A DNA stretch of 64,000 nt, from NCBI GenBank assembly GCA_038061795.1, contig JBBTYL010000003.1:192041-256040 (forward strand), given 5' to 3'. The notes under the pieces were generated by a model. The model did not search any database. It saw only the letters and a program-made list of their open reading frames with translations, and was not told the DNA's origin. This DNA comes from Patescibacteria group bacterium. Its GTDB lineage: Bacteria; Patescibacteriota; Minisyncoccia; Phycocordibacterales; PALSA-1337. This document shows, one piece after another, positions 36,361 to 45,187 of the stretch. Each line of letters starts with the position of its first letter. The stretch's first letter is position 1. The position numbers and the translations under genes were made by a program.

Positions 36361-37843
36361 AGAAATAGCACAAGAGCTGGTTGAAGCCATGATTAAGGAT
36401 CAAAAGGTTCGTATAGCAATCACCAAGAAAAGTCATTGGTATTTTTTCCATTTCTATTTTGCAAAGTACGTCAAACATGCAACGGCAGAGTTTCAAAGGG
36501 AAATTATTCGACTTACCGAGAACGAAGATATCAAAAATTTCTTCATTGTTGCATTTAGAGGATCGGGAAAATCTACTATCATCACGACTTCATATGTCCT
36601 CTGGGCGATTCTTGGTGAACAGCAGAAAAAATTTATCCTCATTCTAGGTCAGACAAGAAATCAGACAAAGCAATACATGATGAACATCAAGCGAGAGCTT
36701 GAAACGAATGATATCCTTAAAAGAGACCTCGGCCCGTTTCAGGAAGAAAGCGATGAATGGGGTGCAACCTCTATCGTATTTTCACAACATAATGCACGAA
36801 TAACTGTAGCATCCACAGAACAAGGTATTCGTGGTCTGCGACACAATGAACATCGCCCCGACCTTATTATTGGAGACGATATTGAAGACCTCAATTCAAC
36901 AAAGACAAAGGAAAGTCGACAGAAAACCTATGAATGGCTTACTGGCGAAGTAATTCCTGCTGGAGATCAGAATACTCGCCTGATCATCATCGGAAACCTT
37001 CTTCATGAAGATTCTCTTCTTATGAAAATTAGGGGGAAGCTCGATAAAAAAGAAATGAAAGGGGTGTTTAAATTCATACCACTGCTTGATTCCGAGGGTA
37101 AAAGCATGTGGCCAGGAAAATACCCGACCCCCGAATCAATCGAGGATGAAAAGCAGAAGACAGGAAGCGAACAATCGTGGCAAAGAGAATACCTTCTCAG
37201 GATTATTCCAACAGAGGTACAAGTAATTCATAAGGAATGGATCCAATACTACGATATGTTACCACCGCGAGGTGCTGAAAACTACGAGTATACATGGGCA
37301 GGGGTTGATCTTGCAATATCAGAAAAAACTACAGCAGACTGTACCGCGATTGTTGGAGCGCAGGTACATGGCAGACGTAAAAAAAGAAAGATATACATTC
37401 TTCCAAATTCCATAAATCAAAGAATGCTCTTTCCAGACATTGTTCGCTTGTGTAAAGACTATATCAAAAATGTGCTTCATAACGGCAAACTGATAATCGA
37501 AAGTGTTGCGTTTCAAGCTTCCTTGGCACAGCTACTTCATAGCGAAGGTCATTATGTTGAGGGAATGCCTGTTCATGGAGATAAACGATCAAGACTTGCC
37601 ATGACCTCATCACTCATACAAAACGGGTTCATCCTTTTTCCAAAACAAGGAGCTGAACAGCTTATCCAACAGCTTGTTGGGTTCGGAGTTGAAAAACACG
37701 ATGATCTAGTTGATGCATTTACACTACTTATTCATAAGCTTATGGAGGAAGACAATCAACCAAGGCCGAATATCGGATGGTTTGATATGCGAACAGGCAG
37801 ATTTGATTGGGCGATAGACTACGATGATGATGAATTCGTGTAA
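36347..37843 (+). CDS. phage terminase large subunit
   Basis: 498 aa. Walker A is AFRGSGKST and Walker B is DLIIGDDIED. The C-terminal RNaseH-like nuclease region contains AGVDLAIS...D...HDDLVDA. Confidence 0.85.
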   Translation: MNQNKEIAQELVEAMIKDQKVRIAITKKSHWYFFHFYFAKYVKHATAEFQREIIRLTENEDIKNFFIVAFRGSGKSTIITTSYVLWAILGEQQKKFILILGQTRNQTKQYMMNIKRELETNDILKRDLGPFQEESDEWGATSIVFSQHNARITVASTEQGIRGLRHNEHRPDLIIGDDIEDLNSTKTKESRQKTYEWLTGEVIPAGDQNTRLIIIGNLLHEDSLLMKIRGKLDKKEMKGVFKFIPLLDSEGKSMWPGKYPTPESIEDEKQKTGSEQSWQREYLLRIIPTEVQVIHKEWIQYYDMLPPRGAENYEYTWAGVDLAISEKTTADCTAIVGAQVHGRRKKRKIYILPNSINQRMLFPDIVRLCKDYIKNVLHNGKLIIESVAFQASLAQLLHSEGHYVEGMPVHGDKRSRLAMTSSLIQNGFILFPKQGAEQLIQQLVGFGVEKHDDLVDAFTLLIHKLMEEDNQPRPNIGWFDMRTGRFDWAIDYDDDEFV

Positions 37844-37850
37844 TCAACGC

Positions 37851-38522
37851 TTATTGGAAAGTAATGTTCAAATCAGGTATCCTGTTTTCTCCTTTCGTCG
37901 ATCGCAGAATCTGAATAACTGTAGACCAAATATATGGATTCGTCACCGGAAACTGGAGGCTTTTGGTACGTGTTTCTGATGTGATTTCAATCGCATTAAG
38001 ATAAGTTTCTATTGTCATTATCTTATCCAATAAAATACTCCTATTCTCCTTGGCACCCAAGTACATGATTCTCTTGTTTGTAATTATAAGCTGTCCGTTG
38101 TCGATATCCCTCCATTCTTGATGGCTCTCTGATCTGCTTGAACTTCTACCAACAACAACTCCCTTGGCCAGACGCACCCCTCCGAAGCCACCTACGGTCT
38201 GGCGTACTGCACGCGTTTCCTGCAATTTGGTATTTTCAGATAAAAAAGCTTGTTCGTTTGCATCAAGCAAAGCGTTGGTTTGAATTATCGGTAGCTTGCC
38301 ATCTTTCTTGATCTTATCAACAAAACTATTTGCTTGAGTAGCTATAAATTCCTTTCTCTTGATCTTAGAGTTCTTAATATTCCAGCGAATCAATATAATG
38401 ATTGCGATTAAAATACTGAGGTATTTGCTTATTGCGAAGAATACAAATATCGACGCCAAGATTCCCCAAAAACAAGGTTCTTTGATCAGATCACTGACGA
38501 AGGTAGATTTAGTGTTTTTCAT
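37851..38522 (-). CDS. membrane protein with a bacterial PH-like C-terminal domain
   Basis: 223 aa. Two N-terminal TM helices, then ..GQLIITNKRIMYLG..SILLDKI.., which looks YokE/bPH-like. Confidence 0.4.
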   Translation of the reverse strand: MKNTKSTFVSDLIKEPCFWGILASIFVFFAISKYLSILIAIIILIRWNIKNSKIKRKEFIATQANSFVDKIKKDGKLPIIQTNALLDANEQAFLSENTKLQETRAVRQTVGGFGGVRLAKGVVVGRSSSRSESHQEWRDIDNGQLIITNKRIMYLGAKENRSILLDKIMTIETYLNAIEITSETRTKSLQFPVTNPYIWSTVIQILRSTKGENRIPDLNITFQ

Positions 38523-38537
38523 TTGGCATGCTTTATA

Positions 38538-39380
38538 CTAAAAACTTATCGCCTCATGGTAATTGTTTCGACTATCAATCTTGTGTTCCGAAGTCAGGAG
38601 ACTCGGTAAATCCCTAGTATAAAAGCTGGACCAATTAATCTTGCTAAAGAGTGGTCGCGCAATTGAATAGACAATTGCAACATCATCCTTCTGGTTGCCG
38701 TATTTATCTTTTACTGGCAGATATGACCAAAGAATGATGTCGCCAAAATCTTCAGATAGAGGAAATACTGCCTTAAAAACTTTTGCAGCATCATCGTGCA
38801 TAGATCCCTTCAAAAGATTTGTTGTGAGGTTTTCATCTGAATTAATCTTTATGAACAAGCCAGAAACTGAATCTGTAGATTTATATCCAGATTCTGAAAG
38901 TTCGACTGGCTTATATTTGCTTATCTCAATACTTATTACGCGAGGCTTGTCTGTATTTGTTGTGGCCTTAAGGCTATTTTCGATTGCACTTTTTATTTTT
39001 TCTTCGAGTGTCTGTGGTTGAGGCGGTACGACTGGAGCAACCTGTTCTGGTACTGGTTGGGCTACCACAGGCTGACTGGATACTGGTGTTGCTACAACCT
39101 CATCTGATTTGAGATTAAAACCAGCAACAGCTAATAATACTAGCACCAATAAAATCTTAACATTTCTACTCAAATTAACCTGAAATTTAGCACTTACCCC
39201 GCTCATTATTGGAGGAATCAAGATTGCAGAGGCAAGTAAGAAAACAAGCCCCGAAATTGGGCTTGAAAAAATATTTACCAAACCAGTAAGAGCAAAAATA
39301 ATACCGAGAAACCAGCCAATAATATATCCAATGGTTATATTTTTCGTCTTACCATCAGGAGACGGATTTATGTTGTTCAT
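38538..39380 (-). CDS. membrane-anchored hypothetical protein
   Basis: 280 aa. Multiple N-terminal TM helices, a Pro/Val/Gln linker, and a C-terminal globular domain. Confidence 0.5.
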   Translation of the reverse strand: MNNINPSPDGKTKNITIGYIIGWFLGIIFALTGLVNIFSSPISGLVFLLASAILIPPIMSGVSAKFQVNLSRNVKILLVLVLLAVAGFNLKSDEVVATPVSSQPVVAQPVPEQVAPVVPPQPQTLEEKIKSAIENSLKATTNTDKPRVISIEISKYKPVELSESGYKSTDSVSGLFIKINSDENLTTNLLKGSMHDDAAKVFKAVFPLSEDFGDIILWSYLPVKDKYGNQKDDVAIVYSIARPLFSKINWSSFYTRDLPSLLTSEHKIDSRNNYHEAISF

Positions 39381-39560
39381 TTTATTGCTTGATAGGTCTT
39401 AATAAATCCGAAACGGGTAACAGAAATCCCGCCGCGGGTAGAGACCGAAATCTCTCATACCAGTTTCCCGATATGGCCTATCAAGCGACCCCACGACGGG
39501 GTTTCTGAACTTGATAGGACTTCTTTCACCATGCCCCGTAAGGGGTTTAGGCTACTTCTC
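39381..39560 (-). promoter_or_regulatory. structured 5' leader with mutually exclusive 9-nt pairings
   Basis: cttgatagg occurs at 39389-97 and 39510-18, and its complement cctatcaag occurs at 39477-85. Three local GC hairpins are also present (CCCGC/GCGGG, ACCCC/GGGGT, CCCC/GGGG). Confidence 0.3.
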
Positions 39561-39642
39561 ATATTTAGTTGTATCTACATAATACAAGCAAATCTTGTAT
39601 CAGTCCATATTCTATCGCATATCAATTCTTTTGCTAAGAGCT

Positions 39643-39691
39643 AATACGACCATGTAATAGATCGATAGTTTTGCATAGCTATGCACCACCA
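39643..39691. repeat. 49-bp repeat with a 14-bp perfect palindrome, copy 1
   Basis: aatacgacca...tgcatagctatgcaccacca. The core tgcatagctatgcaccacca (39672-91) is identical to 43628-47. Confidence 0.8.
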
Positions 39692-39902
39692 GTAAAAGGA
39701 ATGCTCTCGATTGTCGAAAAAGAAAATTTAGACTTAGTTGATATACGCCGGAAATGTAAAAAGGATTGATGTAAATGATATTAGTATACAAATTATGCAA
39801 AATATATTTTAGGAGAGGGGTTGGATCTTGAAAAGAGAGAACTAATATCTTGTTTTAAAAATAAAATTTCTTTGAATGGAAAAGCGGTATCTTTGTAGTC
39901 GA

Positions 39903-39939
39903 TATAAAACGCCCCGCTACCAAAAGTGGTAACGGGGCT
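39903..39939 (-). terminator. rho-independent terminator after the adhesin-like gene
   Basis: Minus-sense GCCCCGTTACCACTTTTGGTAGCGGGGCGTTTTAT. Confidence 0.55.
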
Positions 39940-39956
39940 GAAACTGCAAACTGATC

Positions 39957-41348
39957 TTAATTTTCCTTGAGCCTGAAGAAATGATTTCCGCTTTGAACGG
40001 GAACCGTCAAGTACATGATACTCAAGGCAGTGTTCGTAATCAGAAGATTGCTCCAATCTGCAAGGTTTGTCGAGGTCTGAACAGTGTATGAGGTTTGCTC
40101 TTTGCAAAGTGCCCCAAAAACAGCATTTCCGCCTTGAAGGTTGGAAATGTAGAACTTCGGTCGAAACACATCAACAACCTCGATGTAGGTACCAGTAGAA
40201 GAAAGAATTGCTTTTCCAATGCTTGCACCACCGACGTAAGTGGCATCAATTCCGCTTTTGATAAGGGCAGACACCTCATCGGTCGTCCAAAGGAATGTTC
40301 CTTCTTCAGAATCAGGCAAGACTTCGCAGACCAATGTTAACTCCTTTGCCTGTCCAACCATCAGAGTCAGACTGAATGGAAAATCCACTCGCGTACTGTA
40401 GTTTTCACCTTGTGACGGCCGGAAACTAAGCGTATTGGTTGCCAAAGCCTGACTGCCGTCCTTAAGGGTAAACTTCAGCGACAGCCAATTCGTAGAGTAG
40501 CTCGTGAAGATAATTTTGACCTGCGATATGGCAACACTGTTTGTCGCTAGTGCAGCGTCAAGAACTATCGACGCGCAGATTGCACTATCTCCACGGGCAA
40601 TCGAATAGACCATGTCATTTGGAACCAGCGACATTCTCAAGCCTTGCGTGAAAATATCTACAGGATTGAATGACTGTACGATGGCATATTTTTCGTTAAT
40701 GATGACGACATTATGCAATCCGTCAGCGACGCTGTAAGAAGCAGGCGGATAAGCCGAGGTTAAGGAGGCAGGATATGGCACAGCGAATGACTGCGTCCCG
40801 CTTTCGGTTGTCATGATCATATTGGTCACTAGAAACCCGTAATCCGCCGTATGGTAGGAAGGATTTTCAAGAATCACCGAACAACTATCATTGCTCTGAA
40901 AACCAGTCCATGTAATCGTGTTCGTACGAATCTGCCCAGGAAACCAGAGATTCGTATCATTAAACTGGCTTGTAAAGACAGCTGGTTTCGTGATTTGGAA
41001 AAAATCACTGCTCACTGTAATGTTCGTAGTGGCATTCGTACCGACAAGACGAATCTTGTATTGGTTGTTGGTGGGATACAGGACAGGCGTACTGAAGACA
41101 AAGCTGTTTGTCCCCGCGGAAAGCACCCGAGAGTACAGCGAGGTATCGCCGATCATCAATGTGCCGTTCGTGTCATACCAATCAAGGTAGCCAGTAACGC
41201 CGAAACTTGCTGAATTGGTCCAGAGAATCGTGTGTTTCCCGTTCGATGGCAATTTCTCGCCGCCCGATGGGTACAAAAGGGCCAAATTCGCCTGAACCGA
41301 AATTGCCTGACTACAGGTCAAGGCAAGGACGAAGCATAACTTTTTCAT
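39957..41348 (-). CDS. secreted beta-rich surface/adhesin-like protein
   Basis: 463 aa. Signal peptide MKKLCFVLALTCSQAISVQA. Ser/Thr/Asn-rich, with C-terminal ..YTVQTSTNLADWSNL...GNHFFRLKEN. Confidence 0.6.
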   Translation of the reverse strand: MKKLCFVLALTCSQAISVQANLALLYPSGGEKLPSNGKHTILWTNSASFGVTGYLDWYDTNGTLMIGDTSLYSRVLSAGTNSFVFSTPVLYPTNNQYKIRLVGTNATTNITVSSDFFQITKPAVFTSQFNDTNLWFPGQIRTNTITWTGFQSNDSCSVILENPSYHTADYGFLVTNMIMTTESGTQSFAVPYPASLTSAYPPASYSVADGLHNVVIINEKYAIVQSFNPVDIFTQGLRMSLVPNDMVYSIARGDSAICASIVLDAALATNSVAISQVKIIFTSYSTNWLSLKFTLKDGSQALATNTLSFRPSQGENYSTRVDFPFSLTLMVGQAKELTLVCEVLPDSEEGTFLWTTDEVSALIKSGIDATYVGGASIGKAILSSTGTYIEVVDVFRPKFYISNLQGGNAVFGALCKEQTSYTVQTSTNLADWSNLLITNTALSIMYLTVPVQSGNHFFRLKEN

Positions 41349-41352
41349 TATT

Positions 41353-41393
41353 TTCTTTCTGTTTGAGTTTTGTGTTGAACCGTCTGAAAAGAC
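41353..41393 (-). repeat. shared 5' leader, copy A (upstream of 39957-41348)
   Basis: The 41 bp ttctttctgtttgagttttgtgttgaaccgtctgaaaagac are identical to 43405-43445. Confidence 0.85.
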
Positions 41394-41451
41394 GATACCA
41401 TAAAAACAAAAATAGCAAAAGTTTCACAAAACCAATTGATTCTGCTATGAT

Positions 41452-42189
41452 TTGACCATGAGTAAGAAAATTCTAACTTTAATCATTCTTGTGCTACTGC
41501 TTGGCGTATTTGGTATTTTTATTGTCCAAAAAGACAAGGTCTCTCAAGATTCAACTAATGATCAGACAGCTTCATCAACAGAGGTGAAATATACGACTAC
41601 CCATCTGCCAGAAGAACAGGGTGGCTTGTATGTTCACTCGATGTCAGGATCTTTCGGTACAATCTACGCGACAACTTCCTCAATTAATAACCCATATAGT
41701 TCTTGCGAAGAAGAATTTGGCCGTACGAAGCCTGAAGTTATTGATACGAATAAGATTAACAAGACTGGTTGGAAAACAGTCCAAAAAATAAGCTATTCGC
41801 TCAAACTCCCTGAAGATTGGATGATCAGCGATCAGGATTATAACCAAACGAATATTCGCATTAACAAAAATAAGTATGCAATTCTGATTTCAGAAGTTAC
41901 CAACTCGATGGGCGGAGAAACCATATGCAATCAGGAAGAATATTATTCTATGAATATAGACGGGGTAGATGTTTTAAGATCAAAAGAAGCTACGATAAAT
42001 GAAATAGGTCACTATCCGTATTTTAATTTATGTACGATTGAAAATGAATCTTGCGGTTATTCATTAAAATTCGGTGAAAAATATTATACGGTATCTTACT
42101 GGCTTGAAGAGAGGGGTGCGGAGATGGATCAAGCGTCAATCACACTTATGGATGAAATCGTCAGTTCGATAAGCTTTAAGGAAAAATAA
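41452..42189 (+). CDS. membrane-anchored hypothetical protein
   Basis: 245 aa. N-terminal TM helix ILTLIILVLLLGVFGIFIV. No recognisable domain. Confidence 0.5.
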   Translation: MTMSKKILTLIILVLLLGVFGIFIVQKDKVSQDSTNDQTASSTEVKYTTTHLPEEQGGLYVHSMSGSFGTIYATTSSINNPYSSCEEEFGRTKPEVIDTNKINKTGWKTVQKISYSLKLPEDWMISDQDYNQTNIRINKNKYAILISEVTNSMGGETICNQEEYYSMNIDGVDVLRSKEATINEIGHYPYFNLCTIENESCGYSLKFGEKYYTVSYWLEERGAEMDQASITLMDEIVSSISFKEK

Positions 42190-42192
42190 AAA

Positions 42193-42230
42193 AACGGGCA
42201 CTTCGAAAGAAATGCCCGTTGTGCTTTTTA
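42193..42230. terminator. bidirectional terminator between convergent genes
   Basis: The sequence is AAAAAACGGGCA-cttcgaaagaaa-TGCCCGTT, with an A-run upstream and a T-run downstream. Confidence 0.6.
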
Positions 42231-42244
42231 TCAATACAGCAAAC

Positions 42245-43399
42245 TTACTCCGTATTTGTTGATTGATAATAAATTGGGATACTGGGGGTTGCGTTCAACT
42301 TATAATCCTTAAGCAACCTGTTTTCCATTCGAACAAGATTCAGGTAAGCCGAATCATTCCAGCCGCCGACTGGTGTCCCGCCAGTGCCTTTGAAGTAAAA
42401 CGTGACATGAAGATGCACATCGGCAGTCCCAGTTTTTCCCATAATACCGATTTGCTGGCCCTGTTGGACAAATGCACCCTCACCGAACAATGGTATTTGT
42501 TTGAGATGGAGGTAGGTCGTTTGAAAACCAGTGTTCTGTTTTGAATCATCAGAATCATGATCAATCCTGATAAACCAACCATTGAGAGCATTTGATGCTA
42601 CTTGATAAACCTTGCCACTAGCAGCGGCGTAAACTGGAGGATCTATCGCAAGCTGCTCGGCACCACCAGTGAGGGCTTTCCAACGTGGACTGAAGTCAAG
42701 TGAGTAATATGTGCCTTCGGTATGATTTTCATCAATAGTGCCGTCATATGCAGGGCCACCAATCTCTACAGTCAACTTCCAAGCCTTATTTCCTGCCAAA
42801 GGCATCTTGAAGCGGGGATTCCGCTCGTAGAAAACCTCGATGTAAGGTTGCCATTCAAGCTTGTTCTCCGATGAGCGGAAGTAATTGAACTTGTTGTTTA
42901 CATCATCCGGCATTAGAAGGATTCCGTAATTAGGTTCTGCTCCAGTAAGCCATGCAAAGAATTCCGGAGCGATATCAAAGGAATACAGGCTATTTGGAAG
43001 AGGTGCGGGTATCTGACTTTGAGGATTTATTGTGAGACCCCACTGATCAGATATTGATGACTCTGACCATGGAGTGCGCACAAGATATTTGTGCATTGTC
43101 GTCGGATTCTTTGAATCAAGCGAGTACATATTGAGAGTTGCTCTGGTTATAATAAGTCTCGATGTGCCAGGCACATAAAAATGAACCGGCATCTTGACCA
43201 AGGTGGCATTCCAACTTCCCCAACCACCGACTCGCAAGGTACTGTCGTTAATTGCATCCCGAAAGTCCAAAGAGCCGAACCATTTATCTTGTATCGAGCC
43301 CGCCCCTGGAATGTAGTATTTTTCTTCAAACGCTCCGACGTTTTGGATTGTGAGGAACGCGACGAACACCGCCAGCCATAAACTGACTTTGATTTTCAT
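42245..43399 (-). CDS. secreted M23 family metallopeptidase
   Basis: C-terminal TTYLHLKQIPLFGEGAFVQQGQQIGIMGKTGTADVHLHVTFY is an M23 signature. The signal peptide is MKIKVSLWLAVFVAFLTIQNVGA. The likely start is 43399; the track ORF runs to 43453. Confidence 0.8.
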   Translation of the reverse strand: MKIKVSLWLAVFVAFLTIQNVGAFEEKYYIPGAGSIQDKWFGSLDFRDAINDSTLRVGGWGSWNATLVKMPVHFYVPGTSRLIITRATLNMYSLDSKNPTTMHKYLVRTPWSESSISDQWGLTINPQSQIPAPLPNSLYSFDIAPEFFAWLTGAEPNYGILLMPDDVNNKFNYFRSSENKLEWQPYIEVFYERNPRFKMPLAGNKAWKLTVEIGGPAYDGTIDENHTEGTYYSLDFSPRWKALTGGAEQLAIDPPVYAAASGKVYQVASNALNGWFIRIDHDSDDSKQNTGFQTTYLHLKQIPLFGEGAFVQQGQQIGIMGKTGTADVHLHVTFYFKGTGGTPVGGWNDSAYLNLVRMENRLLKDYKLNATPSIPIYYQSTNTE

Positions 43400-43404
43400 T
43401 GTTT

Positions 43405-43445
43405 TTCTTTCTGTTTGAGTTTTGTGTTGAACCGTCTGAAAAGAC
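43405..43445 (-). repeat. shared 5' leader, copy B (upstream of the M23 peptidase)
   Basis: Identical 41-mer to 41353-41393. Confidence 0.85.
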
Positions 43446-43598
43446 AATAGCAAAAATAATCTCTAATATCAAGAATAATTTTTTATATTGGTGAACAGTA
43501 ATCATTTCTTCAGATTGAAGCAGAACTAGCTTCTCTGATCGGTTTCAGGCTCTGTTGTCCCTTGCGGATAACAGAGTTCTTTTTTTGTTGCAAATTTC

Positions 43599-43647
43599 AA
43601 TACGACCACACAATAAATCCTTAGTTCTGCATAGCTATGCACCACCA
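43599..43647. repeat. 49-bp repeat with a 14-bp perfect palindrome, copy 2
   Basis: Direct repeat of 39643-39691 (7 mismatches in 49). Ends 24 bp before the serine recombinase ORF. Confidence 0.8.
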
Positions 43648-43670
43648 ATGGTTCTGTCATTAATTAATAC

Positions 43671-44987
43671 ATGCAAACACAAATGAATGCCCAAGTTGGT
43701 ACCCCTGCCATACTAGCCCCAGTCAAAATGAAGTACTGCCTATATGCCAGAAAAAGTACCGAATCAGAAGAACGACAAATTCTTTCTATTGATTCTCAGG
43801 TCAAAGAGATGCTCCAACTGGCAGAACGAGAAAATATTGAAATCATAGATATCAGGCGTGAATCACATTCAGCCAAGGATTCGGGACAACGTCCTGTATT
43901 CAAAGAACTGCTTGAAGATATACGACGAGACAGATTTAACGGAATATTAACATGGGCACCTGATCGCCTATCCAGAAATGCAGGTGACCTCGGTTCATTA
44001 GTGGACCTTATGGATCAAAAGCTACTTCTTGAAATTCGTACGTACGGTCAGCATTTCAAGAACTCGCCGAATGAAAAATTTCTACTCATGATCCTTTGTA
44101 GCCAAGCAAAGCTCGAGAATGACAACAAGGGTATCAATGTCAAACGTGGACAAAGGACAAGGTGTGAAATGGGATTGAGACCAGGAGTAGCTCCTACTGG
44201 TTACCTGAATGAAAAACGAAGCGATCGTAAATGTCATGCCAGCATAGACCCCACACGAGCACCAGTTATTAAGAAAATGTTTGAAAAAGTTGCCTATGAA
44301 AAATATAGTGGAAAGAAAATATATATGTGGCTCAAGTTTGATCTAAATTTTAGAACTGCTAACGGAAAGAAGCATTTAAGTCTCGGCAATATCTTCCGTA
44401 TCCTCTACAACCCTTTCTATTACGGCACATTTGAGTATCCAAAAGAAAGTGGTAATTGGTATCAAGGCAAACATGAACCAATAATCACCAAAGAATTATT
44501 TGATCAGGCACATGCGCAGCTCAAAAGTAACATAATGCGCACCGAAAATCAGGAATTCGCTTTTACTAAACTCATGATATGCGGTATATGTCAGTCAGGT
44601 ATATCAGCTTGTGAGAAATGGAAGAATCAGAAAAACGGCAATGTCCATCGATATGTATACTATGGATGCACTAAGAGTAAAGATAAAAACTGTAAGTGTG
44701 GCTACATTGAAGAAAAAGAGCTTATTATCCAGTTTGCAGACCTCATCGACAAGATCGATCTCGATGAGATTGGCATGAAAGAGAAAATCAAGACTGAGGT
44801 TGAGCGATTCAAGAAGTTTCAGAAAAATCTACTCGGCATCAAGGAAAAAGTTGAGGTTGGTGATATCGACATACGGAATTATGCTAAATACATTCTGAAA
44901 GACGGGAATGATCTTGAAAAGAGAGAGTTATTAAGATGTTTGAAGAATAAGATAGTACTAAAGAATAAATTGATTTCTTTAGATTAA
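43671..44987 (+). CDS. large serine recombinase
   Basis: 438 aa. Resolvase catalytic domain (YARKSTESEERQ..SIDSQ...DRLSRN), a recombinase domain, and a Cys-rich zinc ribbon (CGICQS...YYGC). Confidence 0.85.
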   Translation: MQTQMNAQVGTPAILAPVKMKYCLYARKSTESEERQILSIDSQVKEMLQLAERENIEIIDIRRESHSAKDSGQRPVFKELLEDIRRDRFNGILTWAPDRLSRNAGDLGSLVDLMDQKLLLEIRTYGQHFKNSPNEKFLLMILCSQAKLENDNKGINVKRGQRTRCEMGLRPGVAPTGYLNEKRSDRKCHASIDPTRAPVIKKMFEKVAYEKYSGKKIYMWLKFDLNFRTANGKKHLSLGNIFRILYNPFYYGTFEYPKESGNWYQGKHEPIITKELFDQAHAQLKSNIMRTENQEFAFTKLMICGICQSGISACEKWKNQKNGNVHRYVYYGCTKSKDKNCKCGYIEEKELIIQFADLIDKIDLDEIGMKEKIKTEVERFKKFQKNLLGIKEKVEVGDIDIRNYAKYILKDGNDLEKRELLRCLKNKIVLKNKLISLD

Positions 44988-44995
44988 AAAAATAA

Positions 44996-45187
44996 TTATA
45001 CTCGCCCTAATTCATACTCTACTCTGGCAATAATCTGACCTGCTCGTGTTCCGCCAACACCAAATTTCTGACCAGTTTCTCTGAGTGTATGTTTGGTGCC
45101 ATCAGTGATACCATTTCTATACTCAAAAAATACTAAATATCTTTCACTTAGTTTAAGTAAATGTTTCTTTTCTTGGTATTGCTTCAT
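44996..45187 (-). CDS. small HTH protein, sigma-70 region-4-like
   Basis: 63 aa. TLRETGQKFGVGGTRAGQIIARVEYEL resembles a sigma r4 HTH. Overlaps the upstream recombinase by 4 nt. Confidence 0.4.
   Translation of the reverse strand: MKQYQEKKHLLKLSERYLVFFEYRNGITDGTKHTLRETGQKFGVGGTRAGQIIARVEYELGRV

Noticed and set aside
39381-39560. A mini-ykkC (guanidine-II)-like pair of GC hairpins on the + strand (CCCC-ACGAC-GGGG and CCCC-GTAA-GGGG).
   Set aside because: The loops are not the conserved ACGR tetraloops (one is 5 nt, the other is GTAA). There is also no downstream + strand gene to regulate.
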